Shown: positions 17,042 through 26,932 of the stretch, in pieces
Layout: every line of letters begins with the position of its first letter
Numbering within the stretch: the stretch's first letter is position 1
Origin: Candidatus Saccharimonadota bacterium
GTDB taxonomy: Bacteria; Patescibacteriota; Gracilibacteria; UBA4473
NCBI GenBank assembly: GCA_963677105.1
Contig: OY781871.1
Coordinates: forward strand, 780,001 to 812,000
DNA length: 32,000 nucleotides
Direction of reading: 5' to 3'
The notes under the pieces: model-generated
What the model was told of the DNA's origin: nothing
The model's database searches: none
The model's input: only the letters and a program-made list of their open reading frames with translations
Translations under genes and position numbers: made by a program

Positions 17042-19152
17042 TTTTTTGAAGAGTTTTTAGAAACACCGAAGAGAATCGGATTGTTCAATAATTTACATTT
17101 CAGAGAGAGTCGCAATAAATTACGTGAAATTATTACGGCAGTGAACATTGAAAGAAGAGTTCCTACAATTAGTGTAATAGCAAATCCACGGATCATTGCA
17201 CTTCCTAAATTATACAAAATCAAACAGGTGATAAGCGTTGTAATATTTGAATCCCGAATTGCTGTCCATGCACGATCAAACCCGAGTTCAATTGATTCCC
17301 AAAGAGATCGTCCGTCTTTCAGTTCTTCTTGTACTCTTTCAAATATTAAAATATTTCCATCAACAGCAAGTCCGATTGATAATGCAATACCAGCCATTCC
17401 AGAAAGAGAAACCACAACTGGTCCACCAAAAGATTCTGGCCAGAATTTTAGAATGAAAATGTAGAGCCCAGTGTAGAGCAGCAATGCAATTGCGGCAATA
17501 ACTCCGGCAAATCTATATGAAGCAATCATAAATAACATAGTTGCTAACAATCCGAGTGCTCCAGCATAAATACTTCGATTTAATTGGTCTTTTCCGAGAG
17601 ACGGTTCAATAGTTATTTGTCCAGCTAATTTTACTGGTGCATCAATTGCCCCGAGATTTAATCCATCAGATAATTCTTTTGCACTGTCGAATGTGAAATT
17701 TCCGGAAATCTGAGCCGAAGTTCCAATGATCTTTTTTCGTACAGTTGGAGTAGTAATCCATACTCCACCAACTTTAATTCCTAATCTACAAACACCATCT
17801 TTACATGTTCGAGAAGCAACATCTTCTGTTATTTCCGCAAACATATCTCCTCCTTCTTTGTTGAAGAGTAAATTTACAATTGGTTGTCCGATTTCATCAA
17901 ATCCAACAACAGAATTTTCCATTTGTGCTCCTCCGAGACTTGTTTTTCTCCAACCAAGTTCGCTTCGATCCCAACCAAGTAATTCATATCCGACACGTGG
18001 TTCAGAAGAAGTTTCAGTGTGTTCAGGATTGATTGATAACACTTCAATAACGTGAAATCCAAATTCACTTTCAACGATATGATCAATAAGTTTTGGTTCC
18101 GTTGTAGCAAAAACAGCTTCATCAAATTCTTTTACCATTTGACCAGGAGAAAATGTTCCTAAATTTCCACCAGATTCTTGGGCAGCACCTTCTGTAGAAA
18201 ACTCTTTCGCGAGATCTTCAAAAGATTCTGTTCCTTCAGACTGCAAGCGTTGTAACATTTTTTCCGCTTCTACTCGTGCCATTTTTTCATCTTCATACTT
18301 CACGTCTTTATCTGCACGAGATGCACCAGGAAATCCAAATAAAATGTGTCGAGCAGTAGCTTTTGCTGGAATTGTTTTTTCGCGTGTTTCCTGTGTATTT
18401 GAAGTAATTTTTACGATAGCCAAAAGTGGACGTGGCATACTTTTAATTTGCATTTGTCCATTTTCATCGACGGTATATTCAAGTTCAGTTTGTGTCTCAA
18501 CTAAATCAGGTAAAATAGTATTTGCACGTGCAGATAATAACGTTTCCTTAATATTTGGATCATGAATTTCATCAGACCATCGTGGTTCAAATATTTGATG
18601 AATAATCTTTTTTCCATCAGCCAATTCTTTTACACGACGATCCCAATTACTATTGTTAATGGTTCGTTGTTGTTGACGAATTTCTGATCGAACGAGCTCT
18701 TCCATAGCTGGATCTTCTGCGAAAAACTCAAGACGATTGTCTCGTTCAGCATCTTTTTTTGCTTGAATAACGTTTGAGCTTGGTGGCATTTGAATCAACA
18801 CATGTTGTTCATCATCGATTTGAGATCGTTTTACCAAAATTTCTCCCACACCAGCAGGATTTACGCGTTGTTCTAGAGCATCTCGAACAGATTCTGCAAT
18901 AGATTCTAAATTCACATCATTTTGAGGATCGTCATCATTATTTTGTGCGATCGCATCAGAAAGATCGATTTTGTAATCGAGTTCAGTTCCTCCAGCGAGG
19001 TCCAAACCAAGTGTTACCTTGTAGTTCTGCATTTTATTTCCAAACCAATTATCGCCCCATGTTTTTTCGGGAACGGCAAATATCACAGCAAGAAGGGTGC
19101 AGAAACCTACGAGTGCGACTCGAGACCAAGATTTTTTATTCATATAAGACAT
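17038..19152 (-). CDS. secD: protein translocase subunit SecD with an inserted parvulin-type peptidyl-prolyl isomerase domain
   Basis: N-terminal TM helix, LGLDLAGG and RVNPAGVGE, a C-terminal TM bundle with the GLAVDGNILIFER motif, plus an internal ARHILF...GGNLGTFSPGQMVKEFDEAVF...FGFHVIEV rotamase signature at aa 262-374. Confidence 0.9.
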   Translation of the reverse strand: MSYMNKKSWSRVALVGFCTLLAVIFAVPEKTWGDNWFGNKMQNYKVTLGLDLAGGTELDYKIDLSDAIAQNNDDDPQNDVNLESIAESVRDALEQRVNPAGVGEILVKRSQIDDEQHVLIQMPPSSNVIQAKKDAERDNRLEFFAEDPAMEELVRSEIRQQQRTINNSNWDRRVKELADGKKIIHQIFEPRWSDEIHDPNIKETLLSARANTILPDLVETQTELEYTVDENGQMQIKSMPRPLLAIVKITSNTQETREKTIPAKATARHILFGFPGASRADKDVKYEDEKMARVEAEKMLQRLQSEGTESFEDLAKEFSTEGAAQESGGNLGTFSPGQMVKEFDEAVFATTEPKLIDHIVESEFGFHVIEVLSINPEHTETSSEPRVGYELLGWDRSELGWRKTSLGGAQMENSVVGFDEIGQPIVNLLFNKEGGDMFAEITEDVASRTCKDGVCRLGIKVGGVWITTPTVRKKIIGTSAQISGNFTFDSAKELSDGLNLGAIDAPVKLAGQITIEPSLGKDQLNRSIYAGALGLLATMLFMIASYRFAGVIAAIALLLYTGLYIFILKFWPESFGGPVVVSLSGMAGIALSIGLAVDGNILIFERVQEELKDGRSLWESIELGFDRAWTAIRDSNITTLITCLILYNLGSAMIRGFAITLIVGTLLSMFTAVIISRNLLRLSLKCKLLNNPILFGVSKNSSKK

Positions 19153-19167
19153 GAAAAATTCGTGGAT

Positions 19168-19195
19168 ACAGTACTCAAAATCTCATATCTGTCAA
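19168..19195 (-). promoter_or_regulatory. candidate secDF promoter
   Basis: On the minus strand: TTGACA (19195-19190), 16-nt spacer, TACTGT (19173-19168). This implies a very short leader of about 9 nt. Confidence 0.3.
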
Positions 19196-19220
19196 AAAAC
19201 AAGAGAGGAGAATTTAAACT

Positions 19221-21363
<2,143 letters not shown>

Positions 21364-21432
21364 TCACGGCAATATTGGAAACGAAGTTCGGCGCGAAATC
21401 GTCGAAGTGCATTTGGTGGAACGGTAAAATCA

Positions 21433-21552
21433 ATGGAAGAAATTGCCGCATTGAGTGAAAAAATTTCTAAACATGAAAAAATAGAATCAGATGTCGCTGA
21501 TGAGATGCTTGATTCTGAATGGAAAAAGGTTGAAAAAAAGCCGAATAACTGA
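21433..21552 (+). CDS. possible small acidic protein (39 aa); alternative 67-aa reading from ATG 21349
   Basis: MEEIAALSEKISKHEKIESDVADEMLDSEWKKVEKKPNN. Another 35-aa ORF (21320-21427) lies just upstream in a different frame. None carries a recognisable motif. Confidence 0.2.
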   Translation: MEEIAALSEKISKHEKIESDVADEMLDSEWKKVEKKPNN

Positions 21553-21558
21553 TATAAT
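21530..21558 (+). promoter_or_regulatory. near-consensus sigma70 promoter positioned for a leaderless transcript
   Basis: TTGAAA (21530-21535), 17-nt spacer, TATAAT (21553-21558). The last T of the -10 element plus 7 nt falls on the A of the ATG at 21565. Confidence 0.5.
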
Positions 21559-21564
21559 CACGCG

Positions 21565-21672
21565 ATGGATAAAAAATCATCACCTTCAGTAAAAGAGCAA
21601 TTGCTTGTGTTGGCAGAATTTAATCGTTTGCTAAAAGAGCGTATTGCTGAGCTTAAAAAAGCAAAACAATGA
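21565..21672 (+). CDS. 35-aa helical peptide, translationally coupled to the 680-aa ORF
   Basis: MDKKSSPSVKEQLLVLAEFNRLLKERIAELKKAKQ. Its TGA overlaps the next ATG (ATGA at 21669-21672). Too short to appear in the ORF track. Confidence 0.35.
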   Translation: MDKKSSPSVKEQLLVLAEFNRLLKERIAELKKAKQ

Positions 21673-23711
21673 GTCCTGAAACAAACGCTAATATGCCAGA
21701 CAATTTAGAATCTTCAGTAGATATTGCTGAGGAGACAAATTCTGCTTTGAGCGATCTTGCGGCAGATGTTTTGCAGCCGCTAACGGATGTTCCAGCAAAA
21801 ATTGAAGCGATAAAACAAGAAACAGGACAGGACTTAGAGAAGTTACAACAAGAAATATTGGATACAGCTATCGCAGATACAAAAAAGAATATTGAGGAAT
21901 ATTCACAAAAAATGGAAGGACTTACTGAGGCAGAAAAAATAACAGAAGCAGAGTTGTATGAATTATTGCAAAAAGCAATGGAGACGGCGATTGGTTCTAC
22001 AGAAGAACTTGCGAAATATTCGACACTTCTTGGATTAAAACAAATTTCAGGTATAGCGGAATTAGCAGGGAAAGATGATGATATATATTTGGACGAAGAA
22101 GAAATGCTTCAGTCTACATACGATGAAAATGTTGATCCACATACACAATTGGATTCACATGTTTTGAGTGTATTTAGTGAGTATTCTAGTGAAATGGAAG
22201 CGGTTACATCTCCAGAAGAGTTGAAAACATTCCTTCTTGAAAAGTGGGATGAAGTGAGAACTTTACTCGTGCAAAAATACGCACCCAAAACAGAAAAAAC
22301 TGCACATGAAACATCTATGAAAATGGGTGATGAAGGAATGATGGCGGGATTACAAGGTTTGATTTCTCAAGTTCCAGGAAATCACACAGAACTTGATAAA
22401 TTTTACAATGCAATCGCTTTTGTAGGAGGATTTGTAGATGATGGAGAATATGTAGATAGAGATGGACGACTGAATGAAGCAAAAGCAGATCAAGCTATTC
22501 GAACACAGATTGATTTGATTTGTGAGAAAGCAACGCCAGAGACGTTTAATGAATATAAAGAGGCAACAAAAGAACTTACTAAAACTCAGCAAAATGAGAA
22601 AAAGGAAACATTGTTGAAGTCTATTCCCGAGAACTTTCAGGGAAGTGAGTTTGAAAGAAAATATACGGTTTATATTGAACAATCATTTATAAATAAAAAC
22701 TGGATCCCAAAAGGATTTGATGAATGGCTTGTGGAACGTCCAAAACCAGGAGGAATTGGTGGAATGCTTGATTCTTTGAAAGTTTTAATTGCTCAATCTG
22801 GACTTGGTAAATTTTTCAAAGATATTTTTGGAAAAGGATCTTGGATTGGATCGCTTTTGGGGTATGGAGAGAAAAAAGAAGACAAAAAAGAAGTAGCTGA
22901 AGGAGAAGAAAAACCAGAAGAAAAAAAGAAAAGAATAGAAAAAGAAGATAAAATTATTGAAGAACTTCAAGAGCCGTCAAAATGGGATGATGTGAATATT
23001 TCTGGTATAAAGAAAAAAGATTTTTTGGGCACAGGTACAGAACTATCTGAAGAAAATAGAAAACATTTAGAAATTCTTCAAAAAGCTTTAAACGCAACAC
23101 CGGGAACAATTTTAGCTGTTGCAAGAACAAAAGGATTAACAATTGAAAGCATAAAAACACTCGATGAAATGGGAGAAAAAGTAATATTTTCTGCAGAGAA
23201 CGAATCATTTACTATTAAAGGGGATTTAGATAAAACCCCATATGAATTGAATGATACGGATATTACAAAAGCAAAAGAGGTTGTTCCGAAAGATGATATT
23301 GAAGCAATTTTAGGAAAAGACTTTGCAAAGAGATTTGACGTGGAGAAACTTCCTGATGGATTGTTCAAATCAGGAGAGAAAACTTCAGATAATTTACATA
23401 AATCAGTGCAATATTTATTAAAACTTCCTAATACGGTGTGGGGAAAATATAAATTTACTGAAAAAGATTGCGAGCTTCTTGCAGAAAAGATTAAGAGTGG
23501 AGCGATTCATGAAGACCTTTTCATATTGGATAGGGACAATGATTTTGATGTATTACAGGCTGATGGTACTACAAAAGAGGTTGATCGTAAGACGAAAAGG
23601 GATGTTATACAGATAGATGGGACAACAAATAAGTGGGCATTTTGGGATCCTTGGGATGTTCGAGTGGAAAATATAGAAACACTTATGGCTTGGTTAAAAC
23701 ACAATATCTAA
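21669..23711 (+). CDS. large acidic hypothetical protein (680 aa) with a central glycine-rich amphipathic segment
   Basis: Long clean ORF. No signal peptide and no known motif. Coiled-coil-like acidic N-terminal half, GGIGGMLDSLKVLIAQSGLGKFFKDIFGKGSWIGSLLGYG at aa 361-400, then a Lys/Glu-rich linker. Confidence 0.7.
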   Translation: MSPETNANMPDNLESSVDIAEETNSALSDLAADVLQPLTDVPAKIEAIKQETGQDLEKLQQEILDTAIADTKKNIEEYSQKMEGLTEAEKITEAELYELLQKAMETAIGSTEELAKYSTLLGLKQISGIAELAGKDDDIYLDEEEMLQSTYDENVDPHTQLDSHVLSVFSEYSSEMEAVTSPEELKTFLLEKWDEVRTLLVQKYAPKTEKTAHETSMKMGDEGMMAGLQGLISQVPGNHTELDKFYNAIAFVGGFVDDGEYVDRDGRLNEAKADQAIRTQIDLICEKATPETFNEYKEATKELTKTQQNEKKETLLKSIPENFQGSEFERKYTVYIEQSFINKNWIPKGFDEWLVERPKPGGIGGMLDSLKVLIAQSGLGKFFKDIFGKGSWIGSLLGYGEKKEDKKEVAEGEEKPEEKKKRIEKEDKIIEELQEPSKWDDVNISGIKKKDFLGTGTELSEENRKHLEILQKALNATPGTILAVARTKGLTIESIKTLDEMGEKVIFSAENESFTIKGDLDKTPYELNDTDITKAKEVVPKDDIEAILGKDFAKRFDVEKLPDGLFKSGEKTSDNLHKSVQYLLKLPNTVWGKYKFTEKDCELLAEKIKSGAIHEDLFILDRDNDFDVLQADGTTKEVDRKTKRDVIQIDGTTNKWAFWDPWDVRVENIETLMAWLKHNI

Positions 23712-23734
23712 AATAAATATAAATATTCATAAAA

Positions 23735-24184
23735 ATGACAGATGCAACATTGGCTCCGGTAACAAATACAACAACTGATTTGGCAACAATTCGTACGCCA
23801 AAAACAGGGAAAATGCTGAGTGATTTTCAAGTTCCTGAAAAATTTATAGCAGAGCATTCTGATCTTGTAGCAATGGTGTTGCTTTCAGAATCAATGAATG
23901 ATGGAGAACGTCAGTATTGGTTTAGTTTGACCGAAGTTATGAATGCAGAACAGATTGAAAAATTGCGAGGAATCTTAACTCGTGAACGAGAAAAATTAGC
24001 TGCAATTGAGAAAAAATATGGACCATCAAAACCAACATTAACACAGGAACAAATTGTAGAGAGAAATAACGAAATGCAACAAGAACGTGCTCAAAAACAA
24101 GCAGAATTGCGTGCGCGAGAGGAAGCTGCAATGGCCGAAGAAGGCAATGATGAAGACATTTTGTCTGAACTTGATAACCTATAG
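23735..24184 (+). CDS. hypothetical protein (149 aa) with a coiled-coil C-terminus
   Basis: ORF starts 23 nt after the preceding gene. Contains SESMNDGERQYWFSLTEVMNAEQIEKLRGIL followed by a charged helix. No family name recognised. Confidence 0.6.
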   Translation: MTDATLAPVTNTTTDLATIRTPKTGKMLSDFQVPEKFIAEHSDLVAMVLLSESMNDGERQYWFSLTEVMNAEQIEKLRGILTREREKLAAIEKKYGPSKPTLTQEQIVERNNEMQQERAQKQAELRAREEAAMAEEGNDEDILSELDNL

Positions 24185-24219
24185 TCAAATTTCAATTATC
24201 GAAGTACAAAGTGCAAAAG
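24185..24219 (+). repeat. heptamer array (5 units); left copy of a ~33-nt imperfect direct repeat
   Basis: Read in register: tcaaatt tcaatta tcgaagt acaaagt gcaaaag. It fills the whole 36-nt gap between two convergent stop codons. Confidence 0.6.
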
Positions 24220-24220
24220 G

Positions 24221-25012
24221 TTACTTTTCTGAGTCTTTGAATTTATCTCGAAGAGCGTAATTCGTGAACACAAAAACTGCTCGCCAAATTCGTTTTGCTC
24301 TTGTTTTCGGTTCTTGTGCCAATCTCCATAACCATTCAATTCCTATTTTTTGTGCAAAATTTGGCGCTCTTTTTACTTTTCCAGCCCAAAAATCAAACGT
24401 TCCGCCAATTCCAATTCCAATACGAAGAGAAGGGATTTCTTTGTGAAACTTTTTAATCCATTTTTCCTGCGCTGGTGCACCGTATGCAACAAGAATTGCG
24501 TCTGGTTTTGACTCAATTACTTCGTTTAAAAGTTCATTAGGAGTTCCTTCTGAAAATCCTGCAATTTTTAAATTGGGATATTTTTTTTTCATTTTTAATG
24601 AAGCTTCTTTTGCGACATTACGACCACCCAAAAAGAATATTTTCTTTTTCTCATGTGCACAAATTTTGCACAACAATTCTGCCACTTCTACGCCAGTAAT
24701 TCGTTTGATATTTTTTCTGTGCAATAGTTTGCTCAGGAGCTGAATTCCAAACCCATCACAGATATTGAGTTCCGTGTGATTGAGAATTTGTTTGAAATCA
24801 GAATCTGTTTTCGCTGTTACAAGAAATTCAGGATTGACTGTTGCTACATGACAAAACTTGCTTCCATTGAGTTTTTCCGCAAAAATTCTTGCGAGATCGT
24901 TCTTTGAGAACGAATCGATGCGAACGCCAAGAAATTTAAATTCCACAAAGACACGATGCCAAAAGTTTTTGAAAAAATCAACGATTCCTTCATTTGTGAA
25001 ATATGTGGACAT
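24221..25012 (-). CDS. WecG/TagA/CpsF-family glycosyltransferase
   Basis: FLGVRIDSFS, VATVNPEF, NICDGFGI, KIFFLGG, ILVAYGAPAQEKWI, GIGIGGTFDFWAG..KRAP, IEWLWRLAQEPKTRAKR. The start is ambiguous: ATG 25048, ATG 25012 or GTG 24946. Confidence 0.88.
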   Translation of the reverse strand: MSTYFTNEGIVDFFKNFWHRVFVEFKFLGVRIDSFSKNDLARIFAEKLNGSKFCHVATVNPEFLVTAKTDSDFKQILNHTELNICDGFGIQLLSKLLHRKNIKRITGVEVAELLCKICAHEKKKIFFLGGRNVAKEASLKMKKKYPNLKIAGFSEGTPNELLNEVIESKPDAILVAYGAPAQEKWIKKFHKEIPSLRIGIGIGGTFDFWAGKVKRAPNFAQKIGIEWLWRLAQEPKTRAKRIWRAVFVFTNYALRDKFKDSEK

Positions 25013-25276
25013 GAAAATCCACCAGCAGAAAAAACGTGCAGAAATCACTGTTGCAAATGTCTATCTTCCAAACATGTAGACAATTTACCGGGAGATCGTG
25101 CATGTGATTGTCACGGAATATTGAATGCAATTGGATTAGAATATGTCGGTGGTGAAGCGCGTCAAATCGTGTTTCGGTGCAAAAAATGTGGAAAACTTGG
25201 ACGCAATAAAATTGCTTCAGATGATGATAAGGAATCGCTCTTGAAATTAGCTGGAAAACCAGTTCCGGAATTTTAA
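24956..25276 (+). CDS. RNHCP-domain zinc-ribbon protein
   Basis: FICEICGHEN...CRNHCCKCLSSKHVD...FRCKKCGK matches the RNHCP domain pattern (C-x2-C ... RNHCP-x-CL-x-S-x-HVD ... C-x2-C). 106 aa. Confidence 0.7.
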   Translation: MPKVFEKINDSFICEICGHENPPAEKTCRNHCCKCLSSKHVDNLPGDRACDCHGILNAIGLEYVGGEARQIVFRCKKCGKLGRNKIASDDDKESLLKLAGKPVPEF

Positions 25277-25288
25277 AACTACTATTTT

Positions 25289-25329
25289 AAAATTTTAATT
25301 ATCAAATAACAAAGTGCAAAGTACAAAAA
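25289..25329 (+). repeat. heptamer array; right copy of the ~33-nt imperfect direct repeat
   Basis: ...aaaattttaattatc aaataac aaagtgc aaagtac aaaaa. The core AATTATC.AA..ACAAAGTGCAAA matches 24194-24217 at 21 of 24 positions. Confidence 0.6.
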
Positions 25330-25387
25330 TGGATTTTTTTATTTCTTGTTTCTTGCAATCACAGAAGCTTTTAATCCCGTTTTTTGC

Positions 25388-25416
25388 TTGTAAAAAAGAC
25401 TATTTTGAGGTAGAAT
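25388..25416 (+). promoter_or_regulatory. candidate promoter positioned for a leaderless transcript
   Basis: TTGTAA (25388-25393), 17-nt spacer, TAGAAT (25411-25416). The -10 end plus 7 nt falls on the A of the ATG at 25423. Confidence 0.4.
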
Positions 25417-25422
25417 AGAGAG

Positions 25423-26697
25423 ATGAAAAATTTCTTTCAGTTCAATACAAATACTTCTGGAACATTTTTGTTCTTGGAAGGTGTTGAAGGAGGAAGAGAA
25501 ACAGTTGTCGTGAATGAAACAAAAGAAATTACTGCTGAAGAAATACAAAATCAAGATGAAAAACAACAAGAACGTGTTGAAGCTGTTGAGAGAACGCAAA
25601 AATTAGAGCAAAAAGATAAAAACTTTGCCGATGCAGAACTTTCTCTTTTTTCTGATCCTGAAGCTTTTCAAAAGCTTCCAGCATCAACATTTTTATCATT
25701 TACTCCAGATCAGCTTCAGTCATTATTTTTAGATGAAGGAACCGTTGATTTTCGTGGGAATTATTCTGCACGTCGAAGAATTGGTGCAGGGGACTTATTT
25801 GATGCATCACAAAAATTTATAAAAGTGAATGGTGTTGTGGGACAACGTTCAATTGATTCTAACTTTAATGCTAATAAAGTTGGTTATATTGACCGATCTG
25901 GAAATTATTTACCCATTACTGGTGGAGAACAAATTTCAACAGATGTTTCAACAGAAGAAGAAAAAGGATTTGAACCATCAAAAATAGATACTTCGTTTCA
26001 ATACACAAATGAAAGTGGAAAAGTATTTACCGGAGAGGCTGCTTATCGAGAAGAATTTGTAAAAGAAGTAGAACAAGAAGAAGTGCGAGAAAGAGAAATG
26101 CAAAAAGAAATGGATGAAGCTTTAGATGGAATGAATGGACTGGAATCAATGGAATGGAAAGATAAATACGTTGCAACTGCGAAACAATATGCAAAAGTAG
26201 TGGAAAATAATATGGGAATTCCATACCAAGTTACGTTATTACAAGCATGTTTAGAAAGTGGATATGGAAGACATGCCGTTGGAGGAAATCATTTTGGAAT
26301 AAAATCATTATCTTCTTCAGAAAATACATTTAGAACAACGGAATATTTTACAGCAGATGAATTAGCGAGTTGGAAACGACAAAATCCTCAATTAGTTTCT
26401 CAGGCAAAAGCAGAATATCAACCAAATACCGGAAAATATAAATGTTCATTACCAGATAATTTTAGATCGTATGGATCAATGAGAGATAGTTTTATGGATT
26501 ACGCACGATTTATAAAAAAACCAGATGCAAATGGAAATCCACAAGGACGTTATAGCGATGCATTTAATTACCAAGATGATCCGCGAAAATTTCTAGAAAC
26601 AGTTATTGCAGATGGATATGCTACTGATCCAGAATATGTAGAAAAAGCTGATAGAATCGCTCAAGAACTAGGATTAGATGGATGGCAAATAGCATAA
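25423..26697 (+). CDS. peptidoglycan hydrolase-like protein with a C-terminal glucosaminidase (FlgJ/LytD-type) domain
   Basis: The C-terminal ~170 aa read GIPYQVTLLQACLESGYGRHAVGGNHFGIK...FRSYGSMRDSFMDYARFI...GYATDPEYV, which matches the Glucosaminidase-family pattern (QAxLESGWG...NNxFGIK...FRxY...S..DY). The N-terminal ~250 aa are acidic and unassigned, with no obvious signal peptide. Confidence 0.75.
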   Translation: MKNFFQFNTNTSGTFLFLEGVEGGRETVVVNETKEITAEEIQNQDEKQQERVEAVERTQKLEQKDKNFADAELSLFSDPEAFQKLPASTFLSFTPDQLQSLFLDEGTVDFRGNYSARRRIGAGDLFDASQKFIKVNGVVGQRSIDSNFNANKVGYIDRSGNYLPITGGEQISTDVSTEEEKGFEPSKIDTSFQYTNESGKVFTGEAAYREEFVKEVEQEEVREREMQKEMDEALDGMNGLESMEWKDKYVATAKQYAKVVENNMGIPYQVTLLQACLESGYGRHAVGGNHFGIKSLSSSENTFRTTEYFTADELASWKRQNPQLVSQAKAEYQPNTGKYKCSLPDNFRSYGSMRDSFMDYARFIKKPDANGNPQGRYSDAFNYQDDPRKFLETVIADGYATDPEYVEKADRIAQELGLDGWQIA

Positions 26698-26869
26698 GTT
26701 TTTAAAGGAAAGAAAATAGTTTTTCGTGAAATAGGATAGAAGAAATTTTTAAAAAAAGAGGAAAATGTTGAACACATTTCTTGAAACATAGATACAGTGC
26801 GGGCTATCAAGTTTTTATATATTAAAACAAGTTTCATGTGTTATGCAACCACTTTTTCGTACAAACCGC

Positions 26870-26899
26870 TTGCCAAGAGCCAATCTATGCGACTAAGAT
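26870..26899 (+). promoter_or_regulatory. candidate hup promoter
   Basis: TTGCCA (26870-26875), 18-nt spacer, TAAGAT (26894-26899). Confidence 0.25.
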
Positions 26900-26932
26900 T
26901 CCGTCGACGCTATTTTTTAACCCCTAATCAAA

